Assembly (NCBI GenBank): GCA_007376385.1
Contig: VMGC01000005.1
Span: 64,001 to 128,000 of the forward strand
DNA: 64,000 nt
Source of the DNA: Parcubacteria group bacterium Gr01-1014_8
Lineage (GTDB): Bacteria > Patescibacteriota > Minisyncoccia > Phycocordibacterales > UBA2100
Direction of reading: 5' to 3'
The translations under genes were made by a program, and so were the position numbers. Below the pieces are notes generated by a model. It was given only the letters and a program-made list of their open reading frames with translations, made no database searches and was not told the origin of the DNA. The number at the start of each line of letters is the position of its first letter. Position 1 is the stretch's first letter. Below, piece after piece: positions 17,714 to 26,778 of the stretch.

Positions 17714-19459
17714 ATGATGCATCATGCTCGCAGTGTCTCGCTCGTGTTTGTATTAGCCGCGCTCCTCACGTTTTCTGTTTTCGCGCCGACCGTTGTCATG
17801 GGCGACAGTATCACGTCTCGTCTATGTGAGAGGCAACACAGTGTCGGCATTCGTTTAGCACGCCTGCTAATTGATCCGGAAATATGCAATCCTGCGCCTC
17901 CTCCTGCCACGATTCTCGATTTTTCAGCTTCACCTCCTAGCATAGAAGCAGGGCAGAGCTCGTTGCTTTCGTGGGATTCTACAAATGCAACTTCTTGCAC
18001 TGCGTCCGATGGGTGGAGTGGCGGCAAGTCAGAGGACGGCACGCAAAGTGTTTCTCCTGCCGTTACGACCGCCTACACGCTTTCATGTACCGGTGCAGGC
18101 GGGACGGTTACAAAAAGCGCAACAGTTACGGTGACCGCTGCCCCGATCGCTCCGACGCTTACGCTTGTAAAGGATCTCCCGAACGATAGCGGAGGAAATG
18201 CCGTCGCCGCAGATTTTCAGGCAAAGATAGACGGCGTTAATGTTCCATGGAGTTCAGCACAAACGGTTTCGGCTGGCCCCCATACTGCATCTGAAGTTAC
18301 GCTTCCCGGCTATACGGCGAGCGTGTGGGGCGGAGATTGCGCGGAGGATGGAACAATAACGCTTGCAAACGGAGAAAATAAAACATGCTCCATCACCAAC
18401 GACGACCAGCAGGCGACGATGACAGTCATCAAGCATGTGATAAACGATAACGCCACTCCTGGCACGGCGACGGCCGCAGACTTCGCGATATTCGTCCAAG
18501 GAGTTTCAAAGCCGGGGAGCGAGAGCGGCACTATATACAACGTTAATCCCGGTTCATACGTTGTTGCTGAAGTTCTTGTGTCAGGCTACGAAGGAATTTC
18601 ATCGGTGGGGGATTGCGCCGGCACGATAGCGCTCGGCGAACATAAGACATGCACGATAACGAACGGCGACATCGCACCCGAACTTCCAACAGTTCTCTTT
18701 TCTGCGGATCCTTTAACAGTACACGAAGGCAGTCTCATAGATGCGACATCTACTCTGACGTGGGATTCAACGAATGCTGATTCCTGTGTTGCATCGAATG
18801 GTTGGAGCGGAGCGAAGGTGGCTGACGGCGCGGAGGTCGTTCAGCCCACCGCTACGACATCAATAACGTATGTCATTACTTGTTCGGGGCCTGGCGGCAC
18901 GGTCGCAGGTTCTGCAACGCTCGCCGTTGTTCCACCTGCGGCTGTCGGAAAGCTTCTTATTACAGAAGTGTTGTATGACGTAGACACGGCGACGCAGGGA
19001 GCAGAGACTGCAGACGAGTGGGTAGAACTGTTCAACGGCACTGACGCAGAAATAGATCTCACTGGATATGCTCTCAAAGATAACAACGGGACAATAGGCG
19101 ATGCATTTCCGCAAGGCACGATCATTCCGGCTAATGGCTTTCTAGTTGTACTTGCGAGCGATACGACAGCAGGGTTCTGGAGTATCCCGCAAGGCACACA
19201 AACGCTGGTAGTAGATGGAGACATCGGAGGAAACGGGCTCGCGAATGGCGGTGACCGCATCGTTCTACACGATGCCCAGGACGCTGTTCTCGACAGCGTG
19301 AGCTGGGGAACAGATGAAACAGCGTTCGCTCCGTCGGTGCATCCAGACCCGACATCAGATGATTTTGAAGGAAGCTCAATAGGACGAACGAACAATACGA
19401 CCGACACAGGCGCTGCTGCTGACTGGGAAGAGAAGACAACGCCGACACCGGGGGCGTAG
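17714..19459 (+). CDS. Secreted protein with tandem Ig-like repeats and a lamin-tail domain (LTD)
   Basis: Signal peptide, two ~75-aa repeats (..SLLSWDSTNATSCTASDGWSG..TAYTLSCTGAGGT..), and a C-terminal LTD-like segment (LLITEVLYD....DEWVELFN.TD..IDLTGYAL.D). Confidence 0.65.
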   Translation: MMHHARSVSLVFVLAALLTFSVFAPTVVMGDSITSRLCERQHSVGIRLARLLIDPEICNPAPPPATILDFSASPPSIEAGQSSLLSWDSTNATSCTASDGWSGGKSEDGTQSVSPAVTTAYTLSCTGAGGTVTKSATVTVTAAPIAPTLTLVKDLPNDSGGNAVAADFQAKIDGVNVPWSSAQTVSAGPHTASEVTLPGYTASVWGGDCAEDGTITLANGENKTCSITNDDQQATMTVIKHVINDNATPGTATAADFAIFVQGVSKPGSESGTIYNVNPGSYVVAEVLVSGYEGISSVGDCAGTIALGEHKTCTITNGDIAPELPTVLFSADPLTVHEGSLIDATSTLTWDSTNADSCVASNGWSGAKVADGAEVVQPTATTSITYVITCSGPGGTVAGSATLAVVPPAAVGKLLITEVLYDVDTATQGAETADEWVELFNGTDAEIDLTGYALKDNNGTIGDAFPQGTIIPANGFLVVLASDTTAGFWSIPQGTQTLVVDGDIGGNGLANGGDRIVLHDAQDAVLDSVSWGTDETAFAPSVHPDPTSDDFEGSSIGRTNNTTDTGAAADWEEKTTPTPGA

Positions 19460-19471
19460 TATACTGAACGC

Positions 19472-20602
19472 ATGCAAAAGAAGTTCTTAGCTGCCGGGGC
19501 TGTCGCCCTGGTGCTCATTCCGGTCGCTGTGTTTGCTGCGACGTTTAGAACAGGAGAGCAGCCCACCATCCCTTCTGGTACGACGATCAATGACGACCTG
19601 TATATTGCGGGCGGGAACGTTACGCATGCAGGCGTCGTCACAGGAGATCTTATCGCGGCTGGCGGCTCTGTTCTTGTCAGCGGAGATGTTCGAGGCGATG
19701 CGCTTGTGTCGGGAGGAAACGTAACGATACTCGGCGCAGTTTCTGACGACGTTCGAGCGGCGGGAGGCAATGTGGTCATCAATGGAGCTGTCTCGAGCGA
19801 CGTCGTTGCTGTCGGTGGGCAGCTTACTATCGCGGGTCCGGGGATTGGCGGAGATGTACTTGCCGCGGGCGGCACCGTCCGAATAGATGCGCCGGTTGTG
19901 GGCGATGTTCTCATTACAGGAGGAGACGTTTTTATCAACGCGCCGATCAAAGGAAAAGTAGACATCGAAGCCGATAAAGTCACGATTGGAAGCGCTGCGG
20001 TCATTGCGGGCGATCTAACGTACCGTGCGGGCAAGGAAGCTACAATAGAAGAAGGAGCACAGGTAAAAGGAACGACCACTCACACACTGAGGGCCGACAT
20101 AGGAAGAGCCGCTAAGAAGGGTATCGCAGCATTCGTATCGGCGTGGCTCGTCATGAAGCTTCTGATGCTTCTCGCGGGAGCATATGCGTTCTTCTATCTT
20201 TTCAAGAAGTATACGGAGACTATCGTGAGGGATTCCCTAAGCGATCCAATGTCGCAGCTCGGAAGAGGCCTTGTCTCATTCATCGTGTGGCCAGTTGCCG
20301 GCGTCATTCTGCTCGCGACTGTGGTAGGGATGCCTCTTGGCATCATGGCGCTTCTCGGGTACGGGATACTTCTGATATTTGCTCACATCATGGCGCCGAT
20401 CGCGATAGGAAGCTTGCTCTATGCGTGGGCGACAAAAAGCGCCTACCAGGTTACATGGCAGACCATACTGCTTGGAGTAGTCGCGTATTTTGTTCTCGGC
20501 TTCGTTCCAATAGTGGGTTGGATAATACGATTTGCATTCATGTTGCTGGTCTTAGGAGCGGGCCTCAGTCTCAAGTGGAATCTTGCCAAAGAGTGGAGGT
20601 AA
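19472..20602 (+). CDS. Beta-helix repeat (bactofilin-like) protein with C-terminal 4-TM membrane domain
   Basis: Signal peptide, then ~10 tandem GG.V.I.G.V..DV motifs typical of bactofilin/polymer-forming beta-helices, then four TM helices. Confidence 0.6.
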   Translation: MQKKFLAAGAVALVLIPVAVFAATFRTGEQPTIPSGTTINDDLYIAGGNVTHAGVVTGDLIAAGGSVLVSGDVRGDALVSGGNVTILGAVSDDVRAAGGNVVINGAVSSDVVAVGGQLTIAGPGIGGDVLAAGGTVRIDAPVVGDVLITGGDVFINAPIKGKVDIEADKVTIGSAAVIAGDLTYRAGKEATIEEGAQVKGTTTHTLRADIGRAAKKGIAAFVSAWLVMKLLMLLAGAYAFFYLFKKYTETIVRDSLSDPMSQLGRGLVSFIVWPVAGVILLATVVGMPLGIMALLGYGILLIFAHIMAPIAIGSLLYAWATKSAYQVTWQTILLGVVAYFVLGFVPIVGWIIRFAFMLLVLGAGLSLKWNLAKEWR

Positions 20603-20603
20603 A

Positions 20604-21749
20604 TCAAATAACTATCTCCTTTGGTTTAGGTCGCAGGTTGTAATTCGAACTCATGGCGTACCCGTACGCGCCGGCGTCGGCGAAAAGGAGAAGATCGCCA
20701 AGGCGAGGCGCGGGGATAGGACGGTCTTTGCAGAACACGTCTCCTGATTCACAGATGTATCCCGCAACGGTGATAGGCTGGACTTTTCCTCGTGGATTTG
20801 TGAGGTTGAAAATGTGATGGTATGAATCGTACATTGCGGTGCGGATGAGATGATTGAAACCGGAATTTATGCCGACGAAGGTGTGCGCCGGTGTTTTCTT
20901 AATATCCACTACTTCCGCAAGTAGTGCGCCTGCCGCCGCGACAATATAACGGCCAGGCTCGACCGAGAATTCCAGTTTCCTTCCGTAGCTTCTTGAGAAA
21001 TCTGTAAAGAGAGATGTCATGTCTTTCCCGAGTACGCGGAGGTCCAGCGGTTTCTCCTTCGGATGATAGGGGATGCCGAAACCTCCGCCGAAATCGAGGA
21101 ATTCCAAGTCAGAAAATTCTCGAGCCGATTGGAGGAGTAATTTCATTGCTCTGATGAATGCTTTGGGGTTCAGGATGTTAGAGCCAATATGCTGATGAAG
21201 CCCGACGATGGTTAGTTTGTAATGAACAGCGATCTTCTTTGCCTCTGCAAGTTGAGAAAAATGAATGCCAAATTTGCTTCCCACCCCGCCGGTGATCACG
21301 TGTGAATGATGCCCTGCGCCGAATCCACGATTCACGCGGATTGAGATACGAGAGCCCGGTTTTGCTTCGCCCCACCACTTAATTTGATTGATAGAGTCGA
21401 GGTGGACTCGAACGCCAGTTCGCATTACCGCGAGCAGTTCTTCACGAGGGATATTGCTGCATGTGTATGAGATGCGGTGAGGCGGGAATCCGCCCGCAAG
21501 CGCCGCGTGTACTTCGCCGATGCTCACTGCTTCGCAGCTCGCGCCCTCTTTTCTTAGAAGTTTTAAGATGTCTTTGTTCGCGTTCGCTTTGCTCGCGTAA
21601 AATATCGTTGTGTTGGGATAGGGAATTGCATCCCGTAATGAGCGATAGGCATGCGCGACGAGATCTTCTCGATACACGTACAGAGGAGAGCCATATTTTC
21701 TTACAAGCTTTTTCGCAACAGCAGAGGAAATTATTGGCAGCTTTCTCAT
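20604..21749 (-). CDS. PLP-dependent decarboxylase, Orn/DAP/Arg decarboxylase family 2 (LysA/NspC-like)
   Basis: FYASKANANKDILKLL PLP-binding motif, GGGFGIPY and a CESGD-type C-terminus. At 381 aa it fits diaminopimelate or carboxynorspermidine decarboxylase. Confidence 0.8.
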   Translation of the reverse strand: MRKLPIISSAVAKKLVRKYGSPLYVYREDLVAHAYRSLRDAIPYPNTTIFYASKANANKDILKLLRKEGASCEAVSIGEVHAALAGGFPPHRISYTCSNIPREELLAVMRTGVRVHLDSINQIKWWGEAKPGSRISIRVNRGFGAGHHSHVITGGVGSKFGIHFSQLAEAKKIAVHYKLTIVGLHQHIGSNILNPKAFIRAMKLLLQSAREFSDLEFLDFGGGFGIPYHPKEKPLDLRVLGKDMTSLFTDFSRSYGRKLEFSVEPGRYIVAAAGALLAEVVDIKKTPAHTFVGINSGFNHLIRTAMYDSYHHIFNLTNPRGKVQPITVAGYICESGDVFCKDRPIPAPRLGDLLLFADAGAYGYAMSSNYNLRPKPKEIVI

Positions 21750-21775
21750 TTCTCCAGTATAGCCAAATTAACAAA

Positions 21776-22456
21776 TTAAGCAGGAGGCGCAGTTTCTTCT
21801 TGTTTTGGCGGCTGCATATCGGCGAGCCGAAGAAAAAAGAACATCGAGATGGCACCTATGATGCTCATGGCAAAGAAAATTAGCCCGACATTGAGAAAAC
21901 TCATGTCCTCAAGAAGGAGTGAGCCTGATGCGGTGAGAAGAATGGTTGGAACGAGACTGACGCCTATGTGGATGACTATATAGGGAAGGAATGAAAGGCG
22001 GGTGAGCCCTGCGGCATACGCGACAATGTCTTGCGCGGTTATGAGGAGTACGCGCGTGATGAGGAATCCTTTTACCGTACCCATCATTGAAAGAATCCGT
22101 CCCAGTAAACCAGAATCACCGACCATGCGTTCAACGAACGCCCGGCCAAGTCGTCTGCTGATATAGAACGCGACGGTGCCGCCGATAGCGTCCCCAATAA
22201 CGAGATAGACGAGCGCCTTCCAAAATCCGAAGAGCGCGCCTCCAAGGGGATAGAGGAGCGCCCCAGAGAGCGGCGCAAAGATGATGGTAGAAGCTTTTGC
22301 CGCAATGAGTATGACGGGGCCCAAGACGCCAGCGCCCTCGATCCACGTGCGAAGCGAGTCGTTGCCGTAGGTCTGTATGGCGAAATACAAACCCGCGATG
22401 GTCACGACGAACAGCGCAGTATTTAGAAATAGATCCTTGCGAAAGAAATCAGGCAT
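21776..22456 (-). CDS. DedA/TVP38/TMEM64 family membrane protein
   Basis: Characteristic ..F.PLSGALLYPLGGALFGFW..G..IG....F..SRRLGR region with multiple TM helices. Start placed at the internal Met directly behind a motif/-10 (TATACT) promoter-like element. Confidence 0.7.
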   Translation of the reverse strand: MPDFFRKDLFLNTALFVVTIAGLYFAIQTYGNDSLRTWIEGAGVLGPVILIAAKASTIIFAPLSGALLYPLGGALFGFWKALVYLVIGDAIGGTVAFYISRRLGRAFVERMVGDSGLLGRILSMMGTVKGFLITRVLLITAQDIVAYAAGLTRLSFLPYIVIHIGVSLVPTILLTASGSLLLEDMSFLNVGLIFFAMSIIGAISMFFFLRLADMQPPKQEETAPPA

Positions 22457-22474
22457 ACGTATTAAGAAGCGAGC

Positions 22475-22497
22475 AGTATACCCCGTGAGATAATAAA
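22475..22497 (-). promoter_or_regulatory. Putative promoter of dedA-like gene (TTATCTCACGGGGTATACT)
   Basis: Motif plus TATACT on the minus strand, ~20 nt upstream of the ATG at 22456. Confidence 0.4.
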
Positions 22498-22603
22498 ATC
22501 TAAGCAGCGCCGTTAGGCAAACCATAAGCGTCTCATCTTTGCGCGGAGCACTTTCCACCCTGCTCCCTTTCCTTAGGTGAAGAATTTCGAGCACGATCAA
22601 ATA

Positions 22604-22633
22604 CCTTAAGTGTGCCGACCGGCACACTTAAGG
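22604..22633. promoter_or_regulatory. 14-bp perfect palindrome CCTTAAGTGTGCCG-AC-CGGCACACTTAAGG in divergent promoter region
   Basis: A perfect inverted repeat with no flanking T-run, so not a typical terminator. It lies between the divergent dedA-like gene and the cupin PGI/sugar cluster, so it is a candidate operator. Confidence 0.4.
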
Positions 22634-22893
22634 TATTTATGTGGGTATACTCTCGGGAAAACAATCTATCTATTCTATTTTCAAGTATTGCAGTATCTTT
22701 TGAAGTTTTTCGTCTTCGATGCGGGCAAGACGCATTTGCAGCTCTTGTATTTCTTTTTTTTCTGCCAGGTTGCAGGCCTCCATTGTATAGGGGCATTATA
22801 GGCCTGTCGCTGCAAGGGGGGATAGTCACAGGGGTTCATATCCACGCGCGCATGGATTTTTTTGAAACAAAGCCAGGTATACTGGAGGATACT

Positions 22894-23484
22894 ATGGCGA
22901 AAGAACATTTGGCAACGCGACTCCACGAAAAAATGAAAGAGGTATTGTTGCATCCCGACCTGCCCGGACCCTCTGAACACTACTATATGATCCGCGGGGG
23001 GAGCGACATGCGGAACGTAACGGTGTGGGAGTCGGGAAAAGTCGGCGATGAATATATAAAGACGTATGGACACTATCATATAGGAGAGCTTGATGAGACC
23101 TATTGGATACTTCTCGGCGAAGGGGTCGCGCTCCTCCAAAAGTTGGTGGAGATAGATGGGAAGCCGCAGCCCGATAGAGTGGAAGAATTTAAAGCCGTGA
23201 AAGTGAAGACGGGGGACTCGGTTTATATGCCGTCCGGATACGGGCACCTTGTTGCAAATACTGGAAGCACGTATTTTGTGACCGCAGACAACAGCCCAGT
23301 TGATTTAGGAGACAAGGACCCAATTTCGATGCCAGGCCACGCTGATTACGAAATGGTTCGCCTCATGCGCGGATTTGCATACTATGTCGTCGAACGAAAC
23401 GGCGCGCCGGCACTTTTGAAAAATCCGTTATATAAAGAAGTGCAGAAAACAGATTTTGGAGGTGTTCCTATCGTAGAACAATAG
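22894..23484 (+). CDS. Cupin-type (archaeal-like) glucose-6-phosphate isomerase
   Basis: ~196 aa from the ATG preceded by GGAGGA. Cupin metal-site pattern TYGHYH.GELDETY...H (GYGHLV) matches cPGI of Thermococcales. The annotated 5' extension is non-coding-like. Confidence 0.6.
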   Translation: MAKEHLATRLHEKMKEVLLHPDLPGPSEHYYMIRGGSDMRNVTVWESGKVGDEYIKTYGHYHIGELDETYWILLGEGVALLQKLVEIDGKPQPDRVEEFKAVKVKTGDSVYMPSGYGHLVANTGSTYFVTADNSPVDLGDKDPISMPGHADYEMVRLMRGFAYYVVERNGAPALLKNPLYKEVQKTDFGGVPIVEQ

Positions 23485-23489
23485 AATAC

Positions 23490-24728
23490 ATGTCTGAAAA
23501 GAAATTTCCTGAAGGATTTTTATGGGGCGCAGCGACTGCTTCGTACCAAGTTGAAGGCGGTATCGAGAATTGCGACTGGGCGAAAGCTGCTCGAGAAGGG
23601 AGGGTGCCAGAGTGCGGGCGAGCGTGCGACCACTACAATCGCTATGAAGCCGACTACGATATTGCAAAATCACTCGGGCACAACTGTCATCGGATCTCTA
23701 TCGAGTGGGCGCGTCTAGAGCCGGAGGAGGGGAAATTCGATGAGAAAGAAATTGAACACTACCTGGCTGTTCTTGCTGCACTCCGCGAGCGCCGCTTGAA
23801 GCCGTTCATCACGCTTTGGCACTTTACACTTCCGCAGTGGTTCGCCGACAAGGGCGGATTTGAACACCCTGATGCTCCGGAAATATTCGCACGGTACTGC
23901 GGATATGTCGCGCGAAAATTGGGGAATGATTGCCGTCATTTCGCGACCATCAACGAGCCCATCCCCTATGCTTCCAACGGTTGGCGGCGCGGGATATGGC
24001 TTCCATTTAAGAAGTGGCCGGGAATTGACACCATAGCGATCGCAACCTCAGGTCGCGAATTAGACCCGAGGCCAGAGACGAGCATAGCGAATATCTTCAA
24101 GTATTTTTCAGTCATAAATACGCTCATTCGCTCGCACAACGCGGCGTATGATGCGATAAAGAAATCGGCGTTCGGAGCAGAAGTGGGCATCGTACACCAA
24201 GTCCTTCTATTCCACTCGAATGGAAATCCATGGAATGTACTCCTGGCGCGCTTAATGAATTGGCACTTCACGCATTATTTTATAAAGCGTGTTTATAAAA
24301 AGTGTGACTCGATTGGCGTTAATTATTACTTGCACAAGAAATTCGGCGATACCGTCGTCTATGACAAGACGGATATGGGTTGGGACGTATATCCGGAGGG
24401 AATCCGCGAGGCGCTGCTTATGGTCAAGCGCTACGGACTGCCGCTGTGGGTCAGCGAGGCGGGTGTCGCGGACGCGAAAGACACAATTCGTGCCGAATAC
24501 ATCAAGGGGCTCGTTCGCGGCACGTATGACGCGATGCAGGAGGGCGCCGATGTGCGCGGTTTTATGTACTGGTCGCTTCTCGACAACTATGAATGGGCGT
24601 CCGGATTCGGGAAACGGTTCGGACTTGTGGAGATAGATTACGATACGCTCGAAAGGAGAGTCCGTCCGTCGGCGTACGTGTATAAACAAATCATCGAACA
24701 GAATGGCTTGGTAGACTCCGTGAGATAA
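23490..24728 (+). CDS. Glycoside hydrolase family 1 (beta-glucosidase-like)
   Basis: Classic GH1 N-terminus FPEGFLWGAATASYQVEGG, ..LWHFTLPQW.., and catalytic-region motifs (TINEP, VSEAGV). Confidence 0.85.
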   Translation: MSEKKFPEGFLWGAATASYQVEGGIENCDWAKAAREGRVPECGRACDHYNRYEADYDIAKSLGHNCHRISIEWARLEPEEGKFDEKEIEHYLAVLAALRERRLKPFITLWHFTLPQWFADKGGFEHPDAPEIFARYCGYVARKLGNDCRHFATINEPIPYASNGWRRGIWLPFKKWPGIDTIAIATSGRELDPRPETSIANIFKYFSVINTLIRSHNAAYDAIKKSAFGAEVGIVHQVLLFHSNGNPWNVLLARLMNWHFTHYFIKRVYKKCDSIGVNYYLHKKFGDTVVYDKTDMGWDVYPEGIREALLMVKRYGLPLWVSEAGVADAKDTIRAEYIKGLVRGTYDAMQEGADVRGFMYWSLLDNYEWASGFGKRFGLVEIDYDTLERRVRPSAYVYKQIIEQNGLVDSVR

Positions 24729-24798
24729 ATTCGTTGCGCTTGGCGGGGAGGCTTCTCGCATATTGCCAACATTCGACTGTGAAAAAGTCCGCGCGCAT

Positions 24799-24817
24799 TA
24801 TCTCATGGGGTAGAATA
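24799..24817 (+). promoter_or_regulatory. Putative leaderless promoter (TTATCTCATGGGGTAGAAT) of DMT-like permease
   Basis: The motif's -10-like TAGAAT ends 6 nt before the ATG at 24823. An inverted partner CTCCGTGAGATAAAT at 24716-24730 overlaps the GH1 stop codon. Confidence 0.45.
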
Positions 24818-24822
24818 GGTCA

Positions 24823-25731
24823 ATGTCAACCTGGCTTGGGCTTGCTGTATTTGCCCAGTTTTTGTTTGCTGTATCCGTGCTTGTCGACAAGCACATTGTG
24901 CTTCACAAAGAGCACATCGGGAAACCCGTTGTTTATGCCTTTTATGTTTCCTTGCTCTCAGGATTCGTTATAGTGCTTGCGCCTTTTGGGTTTGTATCAT
25001 TGCCAAGCTTGCTGGTTCTTGCGTACTCGCTCGTCTCGGCGATAACATTTCTTGTAGCCATCTATTTTCTTTACTCCGCGCTCAGTATTGCTTTCGCGTC
25101 CGACGTGGCGCCTGTTGTTGGCGCCGTCTCAGCGATCTCGACGCTTGTCCTTGCGGCTATTTGGATAGATGGAGATGTTACTGGTTTTCTTGTTTTACCG
25201 GTAGCGCTCCTCATTTCAGGGACCGCACTCATATCGCATTTTCACTTTACGAGACGCGCGCTTCTCTTTGTTGTCTCGTCCGGCGCTATGTTCGGCGTGA
25301 CGGTCTTTTTGAGCAAGCTTATTTTCATAGAAACTAACTTCATTGATGGCGTGTTCTGGACCCGCATGATGAATGTTGTTGTCGCGCTTTTCTTGCTTTT
25401 AATTCCTTCGATACAGCTCGCGATATTCACGGGTGGTCGGCACTCTTCTCACGGAGCAAAATTTCTTGTTATTGGCAATAAGATAGTCGCGGGGAGTGCG
25501 AGCGTGTTGACGGCGTTTGCAGTGAGTCTTGGCAGTGTGTCTGTCGTGAACTCGCTCGCGGGGCTTCAGTTCGTATTTTTATTTGCACTTACGTACCTCC
25601 TTTCCAAGTCGATGCCGGGGCCAAGTAAAAATACTTCGCACATCCATGTCGGATTTTTGCACACAGCGATCGGAGTTGTTCTCATCGTTCTCGGTCTTGC
25701 ACTGCTGTACGCCGGTCACATCAATGCATGA
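24823..25731 (+). CDS. Integral membrane protein (10 TM; EamA/DMT-like permease)
   Basis: Ten hydrophobic helices arranged in two five-helix halves. The stop overlaps the next gene's start (ATGA). Confidence 0.55.
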   Translation: MSTWLGLAVFAQFLFAVSVLVDKHIVLHKEHIGKPVVYAFYVSLLSGFVIVLAPFGFVSLPSLLVLAYSLVSAITFLVAIYFLYSALSIAFASDVAPVVGAVSAISTLVLAAIWIDGDVTGFLVLPVALLISGTALISHFHFTRRALLFVVSSGAMFGVTVFLSKLIFIETNFIDGVFWTRMMNVVVALFLLLIPSIQLAIFTGGRHSSHGAKFLVIGNKIVAGSASVLTAFAVSLGSVSVVNSLAGLQFVFLFALTYLLSKSMPGPSKNTSHIHVGFLHTAIGVVLIVLGLALLYAGHINA

Positions 25732-26720
25732 TGCGTTTTTTTAAATGGGTTTTGTTGTTCCTCGCTGCCCTTGCGGCGGCAGTAGCCCTGCTATCGATAC
25801 GACCAGCGCCCGAGCGCATCATCTACGGAATGTCGTTCACTAAGTTGCATGCCGATGAGCTGAAGCTGGATTGGAAAGTAGTCTACAAAGCAATACTTGA
25901 TGATATGGGAGTGCGCAAATTAAGGCTTGCAGCGCACTGGCCAATGACAGAACCGCAGCGTGACCGATATGATTTTGCAGCCATGGACTATCAAATACGG
26001 GAAGCGTCAAAGAGAGACGCAGAAGTAGTACTTGCAGTCGGGCGCCGGCTTCCTAGGTGGCCGGAATGCCATATACCTTCGTGGGTAGGGAATATGTCCT
26101 GGGAAGAGCAAAAGATGGAGCTGCGTCAGTACATCACGGCAGTTGTTGAGCGATACAAGGGCGAAAAAGCAATAACGCATTGGCAAGTCGAGAACGAACC
26201 GTATTTAAGTTTGTTTGCGACTGAAATATGCGGAGAACTGGACGAAGACTTTTTGAAGGAGGAAGTAGCGCTCGTAAGATCACTAGACTCGTCGCGACCC
26301 ATTCTTGTGACGGATAGTGGAAATCTCGGAACATGGTTTCGACCATATCGGCTTGGCGATGTCTTTGGAACCAGTGTGTATGTGCATTTTTGGACACCGG
26401 AGCTTGGTCAATTCAGGACGGTTCAGCCTCCTGCACTCTATCGAGCGAAAACAAACCTGATGCGGCTTTTATTCGGAAAGAAAGAGGTGTTTCTCATTGA
26501 GCTCTCAGGAGAGCCGTGGCTTGTTGAGCCGGTCCGGGATGTACCCATAGAAACGCAACTTAGTCGCATGGATATTGATAAATTCAACGATATTGTAGAG
26601 TACGCAGAGAAGACGCACTATGAGGAGCAGTATCTGTGGGGGGCAGAGTGGTGGTACTACATGAAATTACACGGTCATCAAGAGTTCTGGGAGCGCGCTA
26701 AAGAGTTGTTTGATGAGTGA
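25728..26720 (+). CDS. Glycoside hydrolase, TIM-barrel (GH5-like, NEP motif)
   Basis: Signal anchor. ..HWQVENEPY.. acid/base motif typical of GH5-type hydrolases. Sits in a sugar cluster. Confidence 0.55.
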   Translation: MMRFFKWVLLFLAALAAAVALLSIRPAPERIIYGMSFTKLHADELKLDWKVVYKAILDDMGVRKLRLAAHWPMTEPQRDRYDFAAMDYQIREASKRDAEVVLAVGRRLPRWPECHIPSWVGNMSWEEQKMELRQYITAVVERYKGEKAITHWQVENEPYLSLFATEICGELDEDFLKEEVALVRSLDSSRPILVTDSGNLGTWFRPYRLGDVFGTSVYVHFWTPELGQFRTVQPPALYRAKTNLMRLLFGKKEVFLIELSGEPWLVEPVRDVPIETQLSRMDIDKFNDIVEYAEKTHYEEQYLWGAEWWYYMKLHGHQEFWERAKELFDE

Positions 26721-26778
26721 CCCGCGGGAGTGTGAGTAGTTGGGGAGAGCGACAGTATTTGTGTGGCACAATAGACGA

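Noticed and set aside
18841-20079. 412-aa minus-strand ORF rich in Pro/Thr/Ser/Ala
   Set aside because: It lies antisense to two well-supported plus-strand genes (the LTD protein and the beta-helix protein). Its low-complexity composition is typical of the reverse frame of GC-rich genes.
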